Source: Candidatus Beckwithbacteria bacterium
GTDB taxonomy: Bacteria > Patescibacteriota > Microgenomatia > UBA1400 > UBA1449
NCBI GenBank assembly: GCA_012797845.1
Contig: JAAZOH010000040.1
Location: 57,072 to 121,071, forward strand
Length of the DNA stretch: 64,000 nt
Direction of reading: 5' to 3'
Below are positions 48,201-56,896 of this stretch, one piece after another. The translations under genes and the position numbers were made by a program. Within the stretch, counting starts at the first letter, position 1, and each line of letters starts with the position of its first letter. The notes beneath the pieces were generated by a model, which did no database searches, was not told where the DNA came from, and saw only the letters and a program-made list of their open reading frames with translations.

Positions 48201-49842
48201 GAGTTGTCGAATCAATCATGGCAGTTTTAAAACCTTCTTTAAAAAGCCTTACGCCCAAGTCACAATCTTCAGTCACATTGAAAGCATCCCAACCCTGCAG
48301 CTTTTGCAATTCTTGAGTACGGAAATGGTTGCTGGTACCGCCAAGGGGAATAGTGGTATCTATTGACTGCAAACCGGACAAGGTAATATCAAACCAAAGC
48401 GAATATTCGGCTGTAAACAGCCTGGTGAGAATATTTTGCTCAGGATTGTAGTAGTTAAGTTTGGCCTGCAAACACTTGACGTCATCCGAAGCTTTATTAA
48501 AAGCAAGATAGGCTTTTTTAAGCTGCAATGGATCAGGTTGGTCTTCTGCATCATAGATAACCAAAAATTCACCAATAGCCTGCTTAAGACCATAATTACA
48601 AGCTTTGGGTTTTGTTTTAGGTTGGGAATGAGGGACAACAATAATTCTGACATAATCAGGCAAATTTAGTTTCTCGGCAGCTTCAATCGTAACCCTGTCA
48701 TCCTCTTCCAAAAGCAACTGGACATCAAGTTTATCCTTGGGCCAATCAAGCTTAGCAATTGATTTCAAAAAGTGTGGCAAAACATGAGCTTCTTTGTATA
48801 GCGGACAAAGAATGGTGTAGATGGGTAAAAGCTCTGGTTTTAAAGCTTGAATTTCTGCTTGGCTAACTGAAATTTCTGGCGGGAAATGGAGACTTTTTAA
48901 AATTAAATAGAGATTAAATAAAACATCAATAAAATAGATTGAGCTTAAAATCGCAACCACTACTTTTAATGTCTGAATAGGATTTAGGCATATGCCCACA
49001 GCCACTGAAGCCAAAATTAGAAATATAGTCAATTTTTGCCAATGCTTCAAGCTTGTAATAGCTGATTGATGTAATTCTAACTGTGTATGAGTAGTAAACC
49101 GTCTCCGTTTATAGCCAATTACACCCTCTTTATTTTGATCAATATACAAAGGCTTGACGTGATGAAGACGCTGCCAAATCGACAAGCTTAGTAGTTCAAA
49201 ACTGGCTGAAAATAACTTTGATTTCCGGTTACCGTGTTGGCGTCCATGATAAGGTACTTCCACAGTTCCAATACTAAAACCTGCCTCAACGCTCCTACGG
49301 ACAAATTCTAGATCAAAGCTCCAATTCCCTGGCTTAATTTCAATATGATCAATAATTTTCTTTTTAAAAACTTTAATACCGGATTGAATATCAACCTGTA
49401 GATTAAATAGTAATGTACCAAAAATAAATTTATACAAAGAAGCTAGTAGCTTTTTACCAACCCGCTGTTTGTTTTGATATTTCCTACTACCTATAACTAA
49501 ATCATATTGCTTTATGCTTTCAGCTAGTTCTGGAATTATTTCGGGAGGATACGCTAAATCAGCGTCAATAAAACCAATAGTCTGGTATTTGGCAGCCTTA
49601 ATTCCCACCCAAACAGCTTTACCTTTCCCAGAAGATTCTTTCCTAGTTATTATTTTAAAAGGATATTCCTTATTAAGATTTTTCAAAACTTTTAAACTTT
49701 TATCGGTTGAATGATCATTGACAACAATAATTTCGAAATGCCTAAAATTTTTTTGAAGAGTTTCCAACAACCTGGGGATTAAAACAGGAAGACTTTCCTG
49801 CTCATTTTTTACTGGAATGATAATACTAATCGAAGCTAGCAT
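45232..49842 (-). CDS. Giant 1536-aa multidomain glycan synthase fusion. Domain order: GT2 (DPM1-like), processive GT2 synthase (QxxRW), polytopic Wzx/MOP-like membrane domain, then GT4.
   Basis: N-terminal SIIIPVKNEQE...VVNDHSTD (first GT2). Central IYDAEDQPD...TEDCDLG...QRSRWIKG (cellulose-synthase-like D,D,D,QxxRW). Residues ~aa 600-1100 are hydrophobic and helix-rich. The C-terminus LTESWVFAYPSSMEGWGISVIEANACGTPVVA carries the GT4 EX7E motif. Confidence 0.7.
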   Translation of the reverse strand: MLASISIIIPVKNEQESLPVLIPRLLETLQKNFRHFEIIVVNDHSTDKSLKVLKNLNKEYPFKIITRKESSGKGKAVWVGIKAAKYQTIGFIDADLAYPPEIIPELAESIKQYDLVIGSRKYQNKQRVGKKLLASLYKFIFGTLLFNLQVDIQSGIKVFKKKIIDHIEIKPGNWSFDLEFVRRSVEAGFSIGTVEVPYHGRQHGNRKSKLFSASFELLSLSIWQRLHHVKPLYIDQNKEGVIGYKRRRFTTHTQLELHQSAITSLKHWQKLTIFLILASVAVGICLNPIQTLKVVVAILSSIYFIDVLFNLYLILKSLHFPPEISVSQAEIQALKPELLPIYTILCPLYKEAHVLPHFLKSIAKLDWPKDKLDVQLLLEEDDRVTIEAAEKLNLPDYVRIIVVPHSQPKTKPKACNYGLKQAIGEFLVIYDAEDQPDPLQLKKAYLAFNKASDDVKCLQAKLNYYNPEQNILTRLFTAEYSLWFDITLSGLQSIDTTIPLGGTSNHFRTQELQKLQGWDAFNVTEDCDLGVRLFKEGFKTAMIDSTTLEEANSKVGNWFRQRSRWIKGYIQTYFVHMRHPVQFVKNQSWHAFIFQLVVGGKIAFMLINPILWLATIAYFSLYAIVGPTIESLYPASIFYMAMTSLIFGNFLFIYYYMIGCAKREQWQLVKFVFLIPVYWLMVSLAAVKALWQFIVKPYYWEKTIHGLHLGQQQEQAEAQAEQQVESVDRQSFIGRRFGFLISTDAVSGGILVAASMLGNVLNFLYNAYLSRTISLESFGLVSLMGNFLFLSAIPLSGLSRTITNKSAYYFGKYQTAIKSYWAHIRSKVVYIGLALTALWLLTTPFLSHYFNSSSVIPFILFTPIWFIGTVAAVDSGYLSGILQFKTLAFMVAAEATSKLVFTVLLVQLGFEHWVYMAIPLSMAVSFLVGWYAAKKTKEKHIEQSPALYKFPVKFFSSSVLLKFSSVAFLSFDVILAKHYLSPSDAGHYALVALVGKMIYMIGSLFSQFVLPIVSKAEGESKASKPIFYKLFYLSSGVSLLAYLFVGLLGKYTTPLLLGSKIVPVVGLLPIYGIAIFYFTVANIIATFHQARNKHLFPTVNFMFALVQIFGIVLFHSSVSQIVWVMAIVGLANLSAMAFLHIFADALPTIWGNITDFLGLFLSVPAPEKKKLDSYKILIFNWRDTKHIWAGGAEVYVHEIAKQLVEKGHTVTVFCGNDHHNPKFETIDGVHIVRRGGFYTVYIWAFFYYLFRFKGKYDVIIDGENGIPFFTPLYAKEPIVGLVHHVHQEVFRKNLNPFSAMLATFLESQLMPWVYRNVEMITVSESSKKDMIKIGLGKKHQIAIINPGVTVCSPKNSKKTSYPSILYLGRLKAYKSIDTLIEAMVEIKQKQPKAKLTIAGFGEHKKQLKKLVKKLHLQDTVSFVGKVSEEAKYKLLTESWVFAYPSSMEGWGISVIEANACGTPVVAANVPGLRDSVSNPHTGYLVPHGDSGAFAQKITQLLTKKKLRTRMEQEAQKWAGQFSWDKSSQKLIEIIKA

Positions 49843-50039
49843 AATAATATAGAAACCAGGCTTGAATCATTGTAAGTACTTTAAATTAAGACCTATATAA
49901 TTCGATAATTAATTATAAATGAATTTTATATAAGTATTATACCTAATATTACAGATATAGCAATATTTTCCTATATTATTAATATAAATGACATTAAGTT
50001 ATGAAAATTGGGAGGGGTTGAAAAAAACTTAAGGAAAAA

Positions 50040-51002
50040 TTAGCGGTTATGCCATTTCCAGGCAGAAGTCACGATTGTTTCCAGATCTGAATATTGAGGT
50101 TTCCAGCCCAAATCCTGCTGCAGCTTTGTGCTATCCGCAATAAGCTCATTAGCATCACCTGGTCGGCGTTGTGAAATGTTTACTCGAACTGACTGACCTG
50201 TAACTTTTTCAACCATCTCAATAATTTGTTTATTCGAGTAACCTTGACCAGTTCCGGCATTATAAACATTAGTAGCATGACCTTCGCTTAATACCTGCAA
50301 AGCCATAATATGTGCTGAAGCCAAATCTAATACATGAATATAATCGCGAACGCAGGTGCCATCAAAAGTCTCATAATCATCACCAAATAGAGTAAATTCC
50401 CGTTTTTCCTGCACAGCTTTGATAATATTGGGGATAAGATGACTTTCTGGCTCATGAGCTTCACCTAAACTACCATCCAATAAAGCTCCAGCTGCATTGA
50501 AATAACGAATGGTAATAGAGCGTAAATGGTGAATTTGATCAAACCAACGCAACATCCGCTCAACCATTAATTTGCTTTCGCCATAAGGGTTAACTGGGGT
50601 TTTAGGATCGTCTTCTTTGATCGGAATCTGAACCGGATTACCATAGACTCCGGCAGTAGAAGAAAAAATCAGTTTGTCGACTTTGACATCAACCATAGCT
50701 CGCAGCAACTGTAAAGCCCCATTAACATTGTTATGAAAATATTTTCCCGGATCAACCATGGACTCGCCCATCTCAATCCAAGCGGCAAAATGCATGACTG
50801 CTTCGATTTTGTGCTGAGCAAGAGTTTTTTTGACAAATTCAAAATCCGTAGTTTCGCCAATCACCAGCTCATAATCTTTGACTCGCTCCCGGTCACCATG
50901 TTGCAAACTATCAAAAATTACTACTTCATGGCCAGCTTTTTTAAGCTCATGAGCACAAATCGAACCAATATATCCCGCTCCACCAGTAACTAAAATTTTC
51001 AT
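50040..51002 (-). CDS. galE: UDP-glucose 4-epimerase.
   Basis: MKILVTGGAGYIGSICAHEL...YGESKLMVERML (YxxxK) shows full-length GalE similarity. Start trimmed to MKILVTG. Confidence 0.85.
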   Translation of the reverse strand: MKILVTGGAGYIGSICAHELKKAGHEVVIFDSLQHGDRERVKDYELVIGETTDFEFVKKTLAQHKIEAVMHFAAWIEMGESMVDPGKYFHNNVNGALQLLRAMVDVKVDKLIFSSTAGVYGNPVQIPIKEDDPKTPVNPYGESKLMVERMLRWFDQIHHLRSITIRYFNAAGALLDGSLGEAHEPESHLIPNIIKAVQEKREFTLFGDDYETFDGTCVRDYIHVLDLASAHIMALQVLSEGHATNVYNAGTGQGYSNKQIIEMVEKVTGQSVRVNISQRRPGDANELIADSTKLQQDLGWKPQYSDLETIVTSAWKWHNR

Positions 51003-51003
51003 A

Positions 51004-51462
51004 TTATGTTTTATTGTAAATAAAGTGAACAATTTTTACTAATTTGCCTTTTTTATTTTTAATCCAACCAACTAAGTATAGTGCTAGCAAAATCCCTCCA
51101 ACATCAATTAACACATCTCTTATTGTCGAAGTCCGACCATAGGTAAAGCGTTGGTGGTATTCATCAGACATAGCATAGAGAGTACCTAAGACAGCCGTCA
51201 CTATTTTGTAATTTTTAATAGCATATGTATCTAAAAATGTCTGCTTTAAAGCTCTAAAAAGTAAGGTAAATAAAATAGCGTACTCGGTCACATGAGCTGT
51301 TTTTTTGATAACTACATCCCACCAAATAAGATAGGGAGTTTTGGTTGAAGGCAAGGAAGAGAAGAAAAAGATTACCCCACACCATAGTAACACTGGCAAC
51401 CATAACCTGATCATCTTGATTTTTCGAAATGGACAAGAATTAAACATAGTACTTAGTGCCAT
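51004..51462 (-). CDS. VanZ-like family membrane protein.
   Basis: 152 aa with 4 TM helices and ...KTAHVTEYAILFTLLFRAL, as in VanZ-like proteins. Confidence 0.5.
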   Translation of the reverse strand: MALSTMFNSCPFRKIKMIRLWLPVLLWCGVIFFFSSLPSTKTPYLIWWDVVIKKTAHVTEYAILFTLLFRALKQTFLDTYAIKNYKIVTAVLGTLYAMSDEYHQRFTYGRTSTIRDVLIDVGGILLALYLVGWIKNKKGKLVKIVHFIYNKT

Positions 51463-51512
51463 AGAGTACTATTGTACCGCAAGAAGGTGTTTCGAAGTAG
51501 GTTTATATAAAT

Positions 51513-52748
51513 CTAATTTTTCTTAACTTTTTGTAAAAACTTATTAAGTTTTGGCTTCATCACTGGCACACTAGCCCCTCCAATCATTGCTAATCCCAAA
51601 CCAGCAATCCCAAAAGGCAGTAGTGGTTTTTTAGTTCCAGATCTAGAACTAACTTGCTCACCTAAAACTGAAGATATTGGCGTAGCAGAGGATGTGCTTA
51701 GTAACTCTGGTAGTTTTCTTTTGGCTTCTGCTGAATTAGTGCTATTTTTAATAGTTGATTTAGGAGTAGTAGTTTTTGTACCTAAAACTTGGGGGCTAGG
51801 CGTTGGCGTTGGGTTTTCACTTTCATCTTCCTCTTCATCACTTTCTTCTTCAATACAGCTACTATTTGCGCTGTTTTGACTTGGCTCAGCCAGACACCAG
51901 TTATCATTTACCAAAGCCCATGATATGCCTTTGCTAATTTCTGGATATTCCAAACTGAATTTTTCTTCCAAAGCAGCATTGAATAATTTGAGTAAATCTC
52001 CACTATTATTTAGAGCAATATCGTTAACCTCATAAGCTTTATATGATTTACTAGCTATTTCCAGATCGGCAATGATTTCTCCATCTTTATTACTCTCTAA
52101 AGCATTGCGGTCTTTCAAGTACCAACCTTCTAAGTTAACGGAGTTGTCATTGCCATTATAAAACTCCACCCACTCAGCTCCAGTTTCTGGAGAAGGAAAA
52201 ACTTCAGTAATTTTGATATTGTCGTAGTTTTGGTAAGTTTTAGTTTCAGAGGTTGGAGTCGGAGTTGAAGTTGGTGATAGCTCAGAGGTAGAAGTTGTTT
52301 CTGAGACTATAATCTTAATCTCTTTTTCATCGCTATCAATATTGTTAGTAGTCTCAACTTTTTGAACTCTAATAACCAAGTTATTTTTACCTAACTCAGC
52401 AGTATCCTTTACTCTAAATATTGCTGATTGTTCTGGATTGATTTGTCCAGTTTCTGTAGTTATTAATACTGGAAAACTAACCCAAGAACTATTATCACCC
52501 AACCACTTATTACTTTGAGGATTAAAGGTTTCAGCTTTATTAAGGGTATTATCTACACCAATTCTGATTTTATAGTAGTATTCTGAGTTTGAATCTAAAT
52601 CACCCGTAAAACTTAAGCTACTTTCCTGATTAATTTCAATTTGTTGCGGATAAGAATTAATATTGGGAATTGCCCAAACAAACCGTGGAAACGAAATAAG
52701 AAAAAATAAAACTACTAAAAAAACTATGCTACGAAGCAAAGTAGACAT
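51513..52748 (-). CDS. Surface protein with a lamin-tail domain, a Ser/Thr/Pro linker and a C-terminal hydrophobic anchor.
   Basis: Signal peptide. IKITEVFPSPETGAEWVEFYNGNDNSVNLEGWYLKD is the LTD signature. The C-terminus is ...RKLPELLSTSS...LLPFGIAGLGLAMIGG...KPKLNKFLQKVKKN. Confidence 0.55.
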   Translation of the reverse strand: MSTLLRSIVFLVVLFFLISFPRFVWAIPNINSYPQQIEINQESSLSFTGDLDSNSEYYYKIRIGVDNTLNKAETFNPQSNKWLGDNSSWVSFPVLITTETGQINPEQSAIFRVKDTAELGKNNLVIRVQKVETTNNIDSDEKEIKIIVSETTSTSELSPTSTPTPTSETKTYQNYDNIKITEVFPSPETGAEWVEFYNGNDNSVNLEGWYLKDRNALESNKDGEIIADLEIASKSYKAYEVNDIALNNSGDLLKLFNAALEEKFSLEYPEISKGISWALVNDNWCLAEPSQNSANSSCIEEESDEEEDESENPTPTPSPQVLGTKTTTPKSTIKNSTNSAEAKRKLPELLSTSSATPISSVLGEQVSSRSGTKKPLLPFGIAGLGLAMIGGASVPVMKPKLNKFLQKVKKN

Positions 52749-52775
52749 AGTTTAATAGTAACAAAAAACTACATA

Positions 52776-53219
52776 CTAATCTTTTTTGAAAGGAACAATT
52801 GTACCAATACCTTGATTTCCAAGTCTTCGAATCCTCTCTCTAAAAGTTTTTTCTGGTTTTTGAAATAACTCTTCTTTATCAAGTCCCTCTTCTGTTAAAG
52901 TAATATCCTGTGAATAAACTTCAATTGCTAGTTCCCATAAATCCATTGGTGATAATTCAAGAGCTGGATCAATTGTCTGCAATTCGTCTAAAATAGCAAT
53001 CAATTTAGCCCTGATTTGTAAATCAGTTTGTTTTAAAGATCCATCATTAACTATTAGTTTGGAAATTCTATTTATTATTGATGTCATTCTTTCAACGCCA
53101 TTCTTATCACCAATTGAAGAACTTTCATTCAACATACCCGTTGCAATCCAATATAAGCCAGCGCCAATATTTATTGAAGTGATTGAATTAAACCTGAGTA
53201 TGTTTTGTTCTTGCATCAT
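52776..53219 (-). CDS. Hypothetical protein.
   Basis: 147-aa ORF with no recognised motifs. Confidence 0.25.
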   Translation of the reverse strand: MMQEQNILRFNSITSINIGAGLYWIATGMLNESSSIGDKNGVERMTSIINRISKLIVNDGSLKQTDLQIRAKLIAILDELQTIDPALELSPMDLWELAIEVYSQDITLTEEGLDKEELFQKPEKTFRERIRRLGNQGIGTIVPFKKD

Positions 53220-53325
53220 TAGAAGCTATATTATAAAGCAAAAATTTTCATTCTGAACTTGTTTTGCAAATTCAATATCTTAAGATTTTGCAGCAGGATT
53301 CTAAAGTGATTTTGACTGACAATAC

Positions 53326-54540
53326 CTAATAGTTCACATGCAAATAATACGTCTCCAAATCCCCATCCTTATGATCGACTCGGACATAACGTAGGCGACA
53401 GCCACCAGAACCACCATAACTACCACGATAAAGCGTCCCATCTTGGACTGCTCGAACCTCAGTTGAACCACCTAAAATATCAATTCCATTATGAAATGAG
53501 TAGATCTGACCGACCCAGGTGTTTTGGACTGCCCAAGTACTACCATACCCTTGATTCATTCTAATTTTAGGAGATAGTGGCCAAGACCAGTTCCCACTAG
53601 GATTAAAGGGATCACCTTCATTACAATCTCCTCCCCCAGAACAGTTATCGTGATCAATGCCTGATAAATAAGAAAAGGGATTATAGGTATTACCATTACC
53701 ATCAGCTACCGTAAAATGTAAATGGGTCCCACTGGAATTACATGATGAACCAGTAATAACCGAAGCAATCTTATCACCAGCCTTAACTTCACCTACTTCT
53801 TCCTCATCTCCCCGACCAGCAATAATAGCCTGAATCGCTTCAAACTCAGATCTAGCTTGAGACAGCAATGATTGGAAACGTGCCTCATCATTTTTAGTAG
53901 CTACCAATAAATCTTGCTTAACTGCTTTTTGTGAAGCCAAAACTGTCTGCTGATTTTGTAAAAAAGTTTGCAGCTCTTCCAGTTCTTTTTGTTTTTCTTC
54001 TTTTAAAGCTTTTTGTTTATCAAAGTTTTGCTTAGTCTCTTCCAAGGCGTACATCACCTCTTTATCGTGCATTTGAGCAGCCTGCAGATACTTAACTCTT
54101 GAAAGTAGATCACTAAAATCATTAGAGGCAAATAGTAAATAGACTGAAGGCATAAACGAGCGTTTATAGGTTTCTTCGATTCTATTTGTAAGAAGAACTG
54201 TAATTTCATCCAAGCTTTGATCAAGCTGGTTGATTTTGACAGCTAAATCCTCAATTTCGCTTGTAAGTACGGCAATTTCTTGCTCTGTTTTAGTAATCCG
54301 AGCAGAAGTTAAGTAAATTTGGTTATCCAAAACTGCAATTGTGGAGGCCAGTGTACGCTGTTGGGATTTAGCTTCTTCAATCTTTTGTTCATATTCTTTA
54401 ATTTTTTCTTCCAGTTCATGCAGTTTATCTCCCTGCTCATCAGCCAATGAACTGGTCGGCAATACTAAAAGCAATAATAGTAAACCAATAAAGCTTAAAA
54501 GAATACTAAGAATGATGTTTTGTTTGCGGAAAAGCTTCAT
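53326..54540 (-). CDS. EnvC-like coiled-coil M23 (LytM) peptidase family protein.
   Basis: Signal/TM at the N-terminus. A long coiled coil spans aa 35-230. C-terminal SGTHLHF and FHNGIDI are M23 signature fragments. The gene is immediately downstream of ftsX. Confidence 0.6.
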   Translation of the reverse strand: MKLFRKQNIILSILLSFIGLLLLLLVLPTSSLADEQGDKLHELEEKIKEYEQKIEEAKSQQRTLASTIAVLDNQIYLTSARITKTEQEIAVLTSEIEDLAVKINQLDQSLDEITVLLTNRIEETYKRSFMPSVYLLFASNDFSDLLSRVKYLQAAQMHDKEVMYALEETKQNFDKQKALKEEKQKELEELQTFLQNQQTVLASQKAVKQDLLVATKNDEARFQSLLSQARSEFEAIQAIIAGRGDEEEVGEVKAGDKIASVITGSSCNSSGTHLHFTVADGNGNTYNPFSYLSGIDHDNCSGGGDCNEGDPFNPSGNWSWPLSPKIRMNQGYGSTWAVQNTWVGQIYSFHNGIDILGGSTEVRAVQDGTLYRGSYGGSGGCRLRYVRVDHKDGDLETYYLHVNY

Positions 54541-54577
54541 AGCGTATCTGTCAACTATTAGCTACTAACTACTTGTG

Positions 54578-55456
54578 TTATACCCGAAGAAAGCGCCTGA
54601 CTGCAAGCAAGCTACTAATAGCTCCAACTACCATGCCACCCAAAACCATAACTCCAAGCATAATCAGAAGCAAAGTAATATTAATTGGTAAGGCAATAAT
54701 ATCCTTGAGCCAGTCAATTAAAACTGGAGTAGCATACTGTAAAGCCGTAAACATACCCAGCCAGCCAAAAAACGCTCCTAAAGCCCCATAAAACATCCCT
54801 TCAAGTAAAAACGGACTATGAACATACCAGGCTGAAGCCCCTAGTAAGCGCATAATTTCTATTTCCTTCCGTTTATCTTTGACCTTTAAGCCAATAATGA
54901 CAATCAAAATTAGAATGGATAAAAAGAGCAAAAAGCCAATCATTCCGAGTCCGGTATAACGGACATTTTTAAACCAGCGTGACATTTGGGAAACCACGTC
55001 TTCATGATACGCAATGTCAGTAACTTGCGGCTCGGATTCCAAAACATCTTTAAGCTGACCTAGCGAATCAATGTCAGTAGCCGAAATTTCGATAGATGGT
55101 GGCAAAATTTTGTAGTCAACCAATTCATTTAAAAGCGGATCATTTTCATTTTTTTCCTTGTAAATTTTTTCAGCTTCCTTGGTTGAAACATAAGTAAAAC
55201 TACCTAATTTGCCTGTTGCTTCCAGTTTTTGTTTAATTCGATCAATATCTTGATCAGGTAAATCTTTGCCTCGCTCAAAAAAAACAATTACTTGTGGAGC
55301 GGCTTCAAAATATTTGAGAATAAGGTGCGAACCAGCTGAAATTAAGACAAAAACTGCTACCGCAAAAAAAGATAGGGCCAAAATCAGCACGGCTATTAAA
55401 GCCTGATAAGGCGTACGTCTAACTTGCTTAAACATGGTCGAAATTGAGCTTGCCAT
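54578..55456 (-). CDS. ftsX: Cell-division ABC transporter permease FtsX.
   Basis: 4-TM topology with a large first periplasmic loop. The 292-aa size and position downstream of ftsE fit FtsX. Confidence 0.8.
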   Translation of the reverse strand: MASSISTMFKQVRRTPYQALIAVLILALSFFAVAVFVLISAGSHLILKYFEAAPQVIVFFERGKDLPDQDIDRIKQKLEATGKLGSFTYVSTKEAEKIYKEKNENDPLLNELVDYKILPPSIEISATDIDSLGQLKDVLESEPQVTDIAYHEDVVSQMSRWFKNVRYTGLGMIGFLLFLSILILIVIIGLKVKDKRKEIEIMRLLGASAWYVHSPFLLEGMFYGALGAFFGWLGMFTALQYATPVLIDWLKDIIALPINITLLLIMLGVMVLGGMVVGAISSLLAVRRFLRV

Positions 55457-55464
55457 AAATATAG

Positions 55465-56163
55465 TTACGCATCCTTTTTGCGTTTATACTTTTTAGCTTT
55501 TTTATCTTCAGCTAACTTACCTTTATCAAGAATCATAACCCGTTCTCCCATAGAGTTGACCATGTCTAAATTGTGTGTAGCTACAATCACGGTTTTACCG
55601 CTCCGATTAATCTCTTTTAAAAGTGAGGCAATTTTCCAGGCCGATTCATCGTCCAAATTAGCCGTTGGTTCATCGGCAAAAATCAGAACTGGATCTCCAA
55701 CCACCGCTCGAGCAATCCCAATCCGCTGAATTTCTCCCCCAGATAACTGAACTGGAAATTTATCAGCTTTATCAGTCAAATCAACCAAATCCAAAACTGC
55801 TTCAACTGCTTCTTTAATTTCCTGTGGTTTTTTACCCACGATTTCCATAGCCATGGCAATATTTTCAAAAATAGTCCGGTCCATCAACAGTTTTACATCT
55901 TGAAAAGAAGCGCCGATTTGGCGACGAAGCTTGGGTACACAAATCCCTTTTTTATTGCTAATTTCAATATTATCAAGCATGATTTTCCCCTGAGTGGGTC
56001 GAAGTTCTCTTAGTAGCAACCGCAAAAAAGTAGTTTTACCAGAACCAGAGGGGCCTACTAAAAACACCATCTCTCCTGGTTCAATTTCGCAGGATACGTT
56101 ATCTAAAGCCAATGTTTCATCGCCAAATTTATGACTGACTTGATCAAAAACAATAAATGCCAT
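55465..56163 (-). CDS. ftsE: Cell-division ABC transporter ATP-binding protein FtsE.
   Basis: Walker A at GPSGSGKTTFLRLL, ABC signature at LSGGEIQRIGIARA, Walker B at ILIFADEPT. Confidence 0.9.
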   Translation of the reverse strand: MAFIVFDQVSHKFGDETLALDNVSCEIEPGEMVFLVGPSGSGKTTFLRLLLRELRPTQGKIMLDNIEISNKKGICVPKLRRQIGASFQDVKLLMDRTIFENIAMAMEIVGKKPQEIKEAVEAVLDLVDLTDKADKFPVQLSGGEIQRIGIARAVVGDPVLIFADEPTANLDDESAWKIASLLKEINRSGKTVIVATHNLDMVNSMGERVMILDKGKLAEDKKAKKYKRKKDA

Positions 56164-56172
56164 ACATATATG

Positions 56173-56204
56173 GTCATTCCAAACGGGGTCCAGAATGACA
56201 AAAG
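56173..56204. repeat. Short palindromic element, copy 3 (single-hairpin version), sharing the GAATGACAAAG end with copy 1.
   Basis: gtcattc-caaacggggtcca-gaatgacaaaag. It lies between the ftsE start and the upstream gene stop. Confidence 0.4.
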
Positions 56205-56207
56205 AAG

Positions 56208-56798
56208 CTATTTCACTACTTCTAATTTACCCACATCCATAAGCCATCCGGCTTTTTGAGCGCTAAAGGTTTCTCCCCAAACTTTGACAGTCCGACCAAC
56301 AAATTGATCTAAATCAATAACAGAGGAAGTCATATAGATGGTTTGGGAATCACCTCCCGGCCGGACTAGATGATGAGAACCCTCACCGTCTACCCCACCT
56401 TTTTCCAAAGTTCCTTCAGCTGTATCTTTAAAAGTTCGTTCATCAGCTACTCCAACTTTAGTTCCAACTGTAATTTCGTCTTTACTAACTTCACGTTGTA
56501 AACCTGGCTCATTTCTTAAACCACTAGAACCAACACTACCTCCAGTAAAAACTGCCAGACCATAACCCGTTCCTGCTCCTAATAGTAAAACCACCAATAC
56601 TAAAACAATAATGGGAAACGGTTTTTTCATATTTGTTCCTTTCGAAGCTCCTTGTGGATCAAGTGGTTTTAAAACTGGATTTGCTGCAACTATTGGAGTA
56701 GTAGCTGGCTTGACTGCTTGATTAGTCGGGGTTGTTTGAGTTCTGGGCAAAGTACTTGGAGCTTGATTAGTAACTGGTGTAGGTTGAGCAGTTGGCAT
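56208..56798 (-). CDS. Hypothetical membrane-anchored protein with a Pro/Thr-rich N-terminus.
   Basis: 196 aa. PTAQPTPVTNQAPSTLP... then one TM, then a ~110-aa extracytoplasmic domain. Confidence 0.3.
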   Translation of the reverse strand: MPTAQPTPVTNQAPSTLPRTQTTPTNQAVKPATTPIVAANPVLKPLDPQGASKGTNMKKPFPIIVLVLVVLLLGAGTGYGLAVFTGGSVGSSGLRNEPGLQREVSKDEITVGTKVGVADERTFKDTAEGTLEKGGVDGEGSHHLVRPGGDSQTIYMTSSVIDLDQFVGRTVKVWGETFSAQKAGWLMDVGKLEVVK

Positions 56799-56896
56799 AG
56801 ATTTTTGAAAATGTTTTTTACCAGTTTACTATATCACAATTCATAAACACAGTAACAGAACTGAAGAGCTTAAATTTCATTCTGAGAAAGCTTTTA

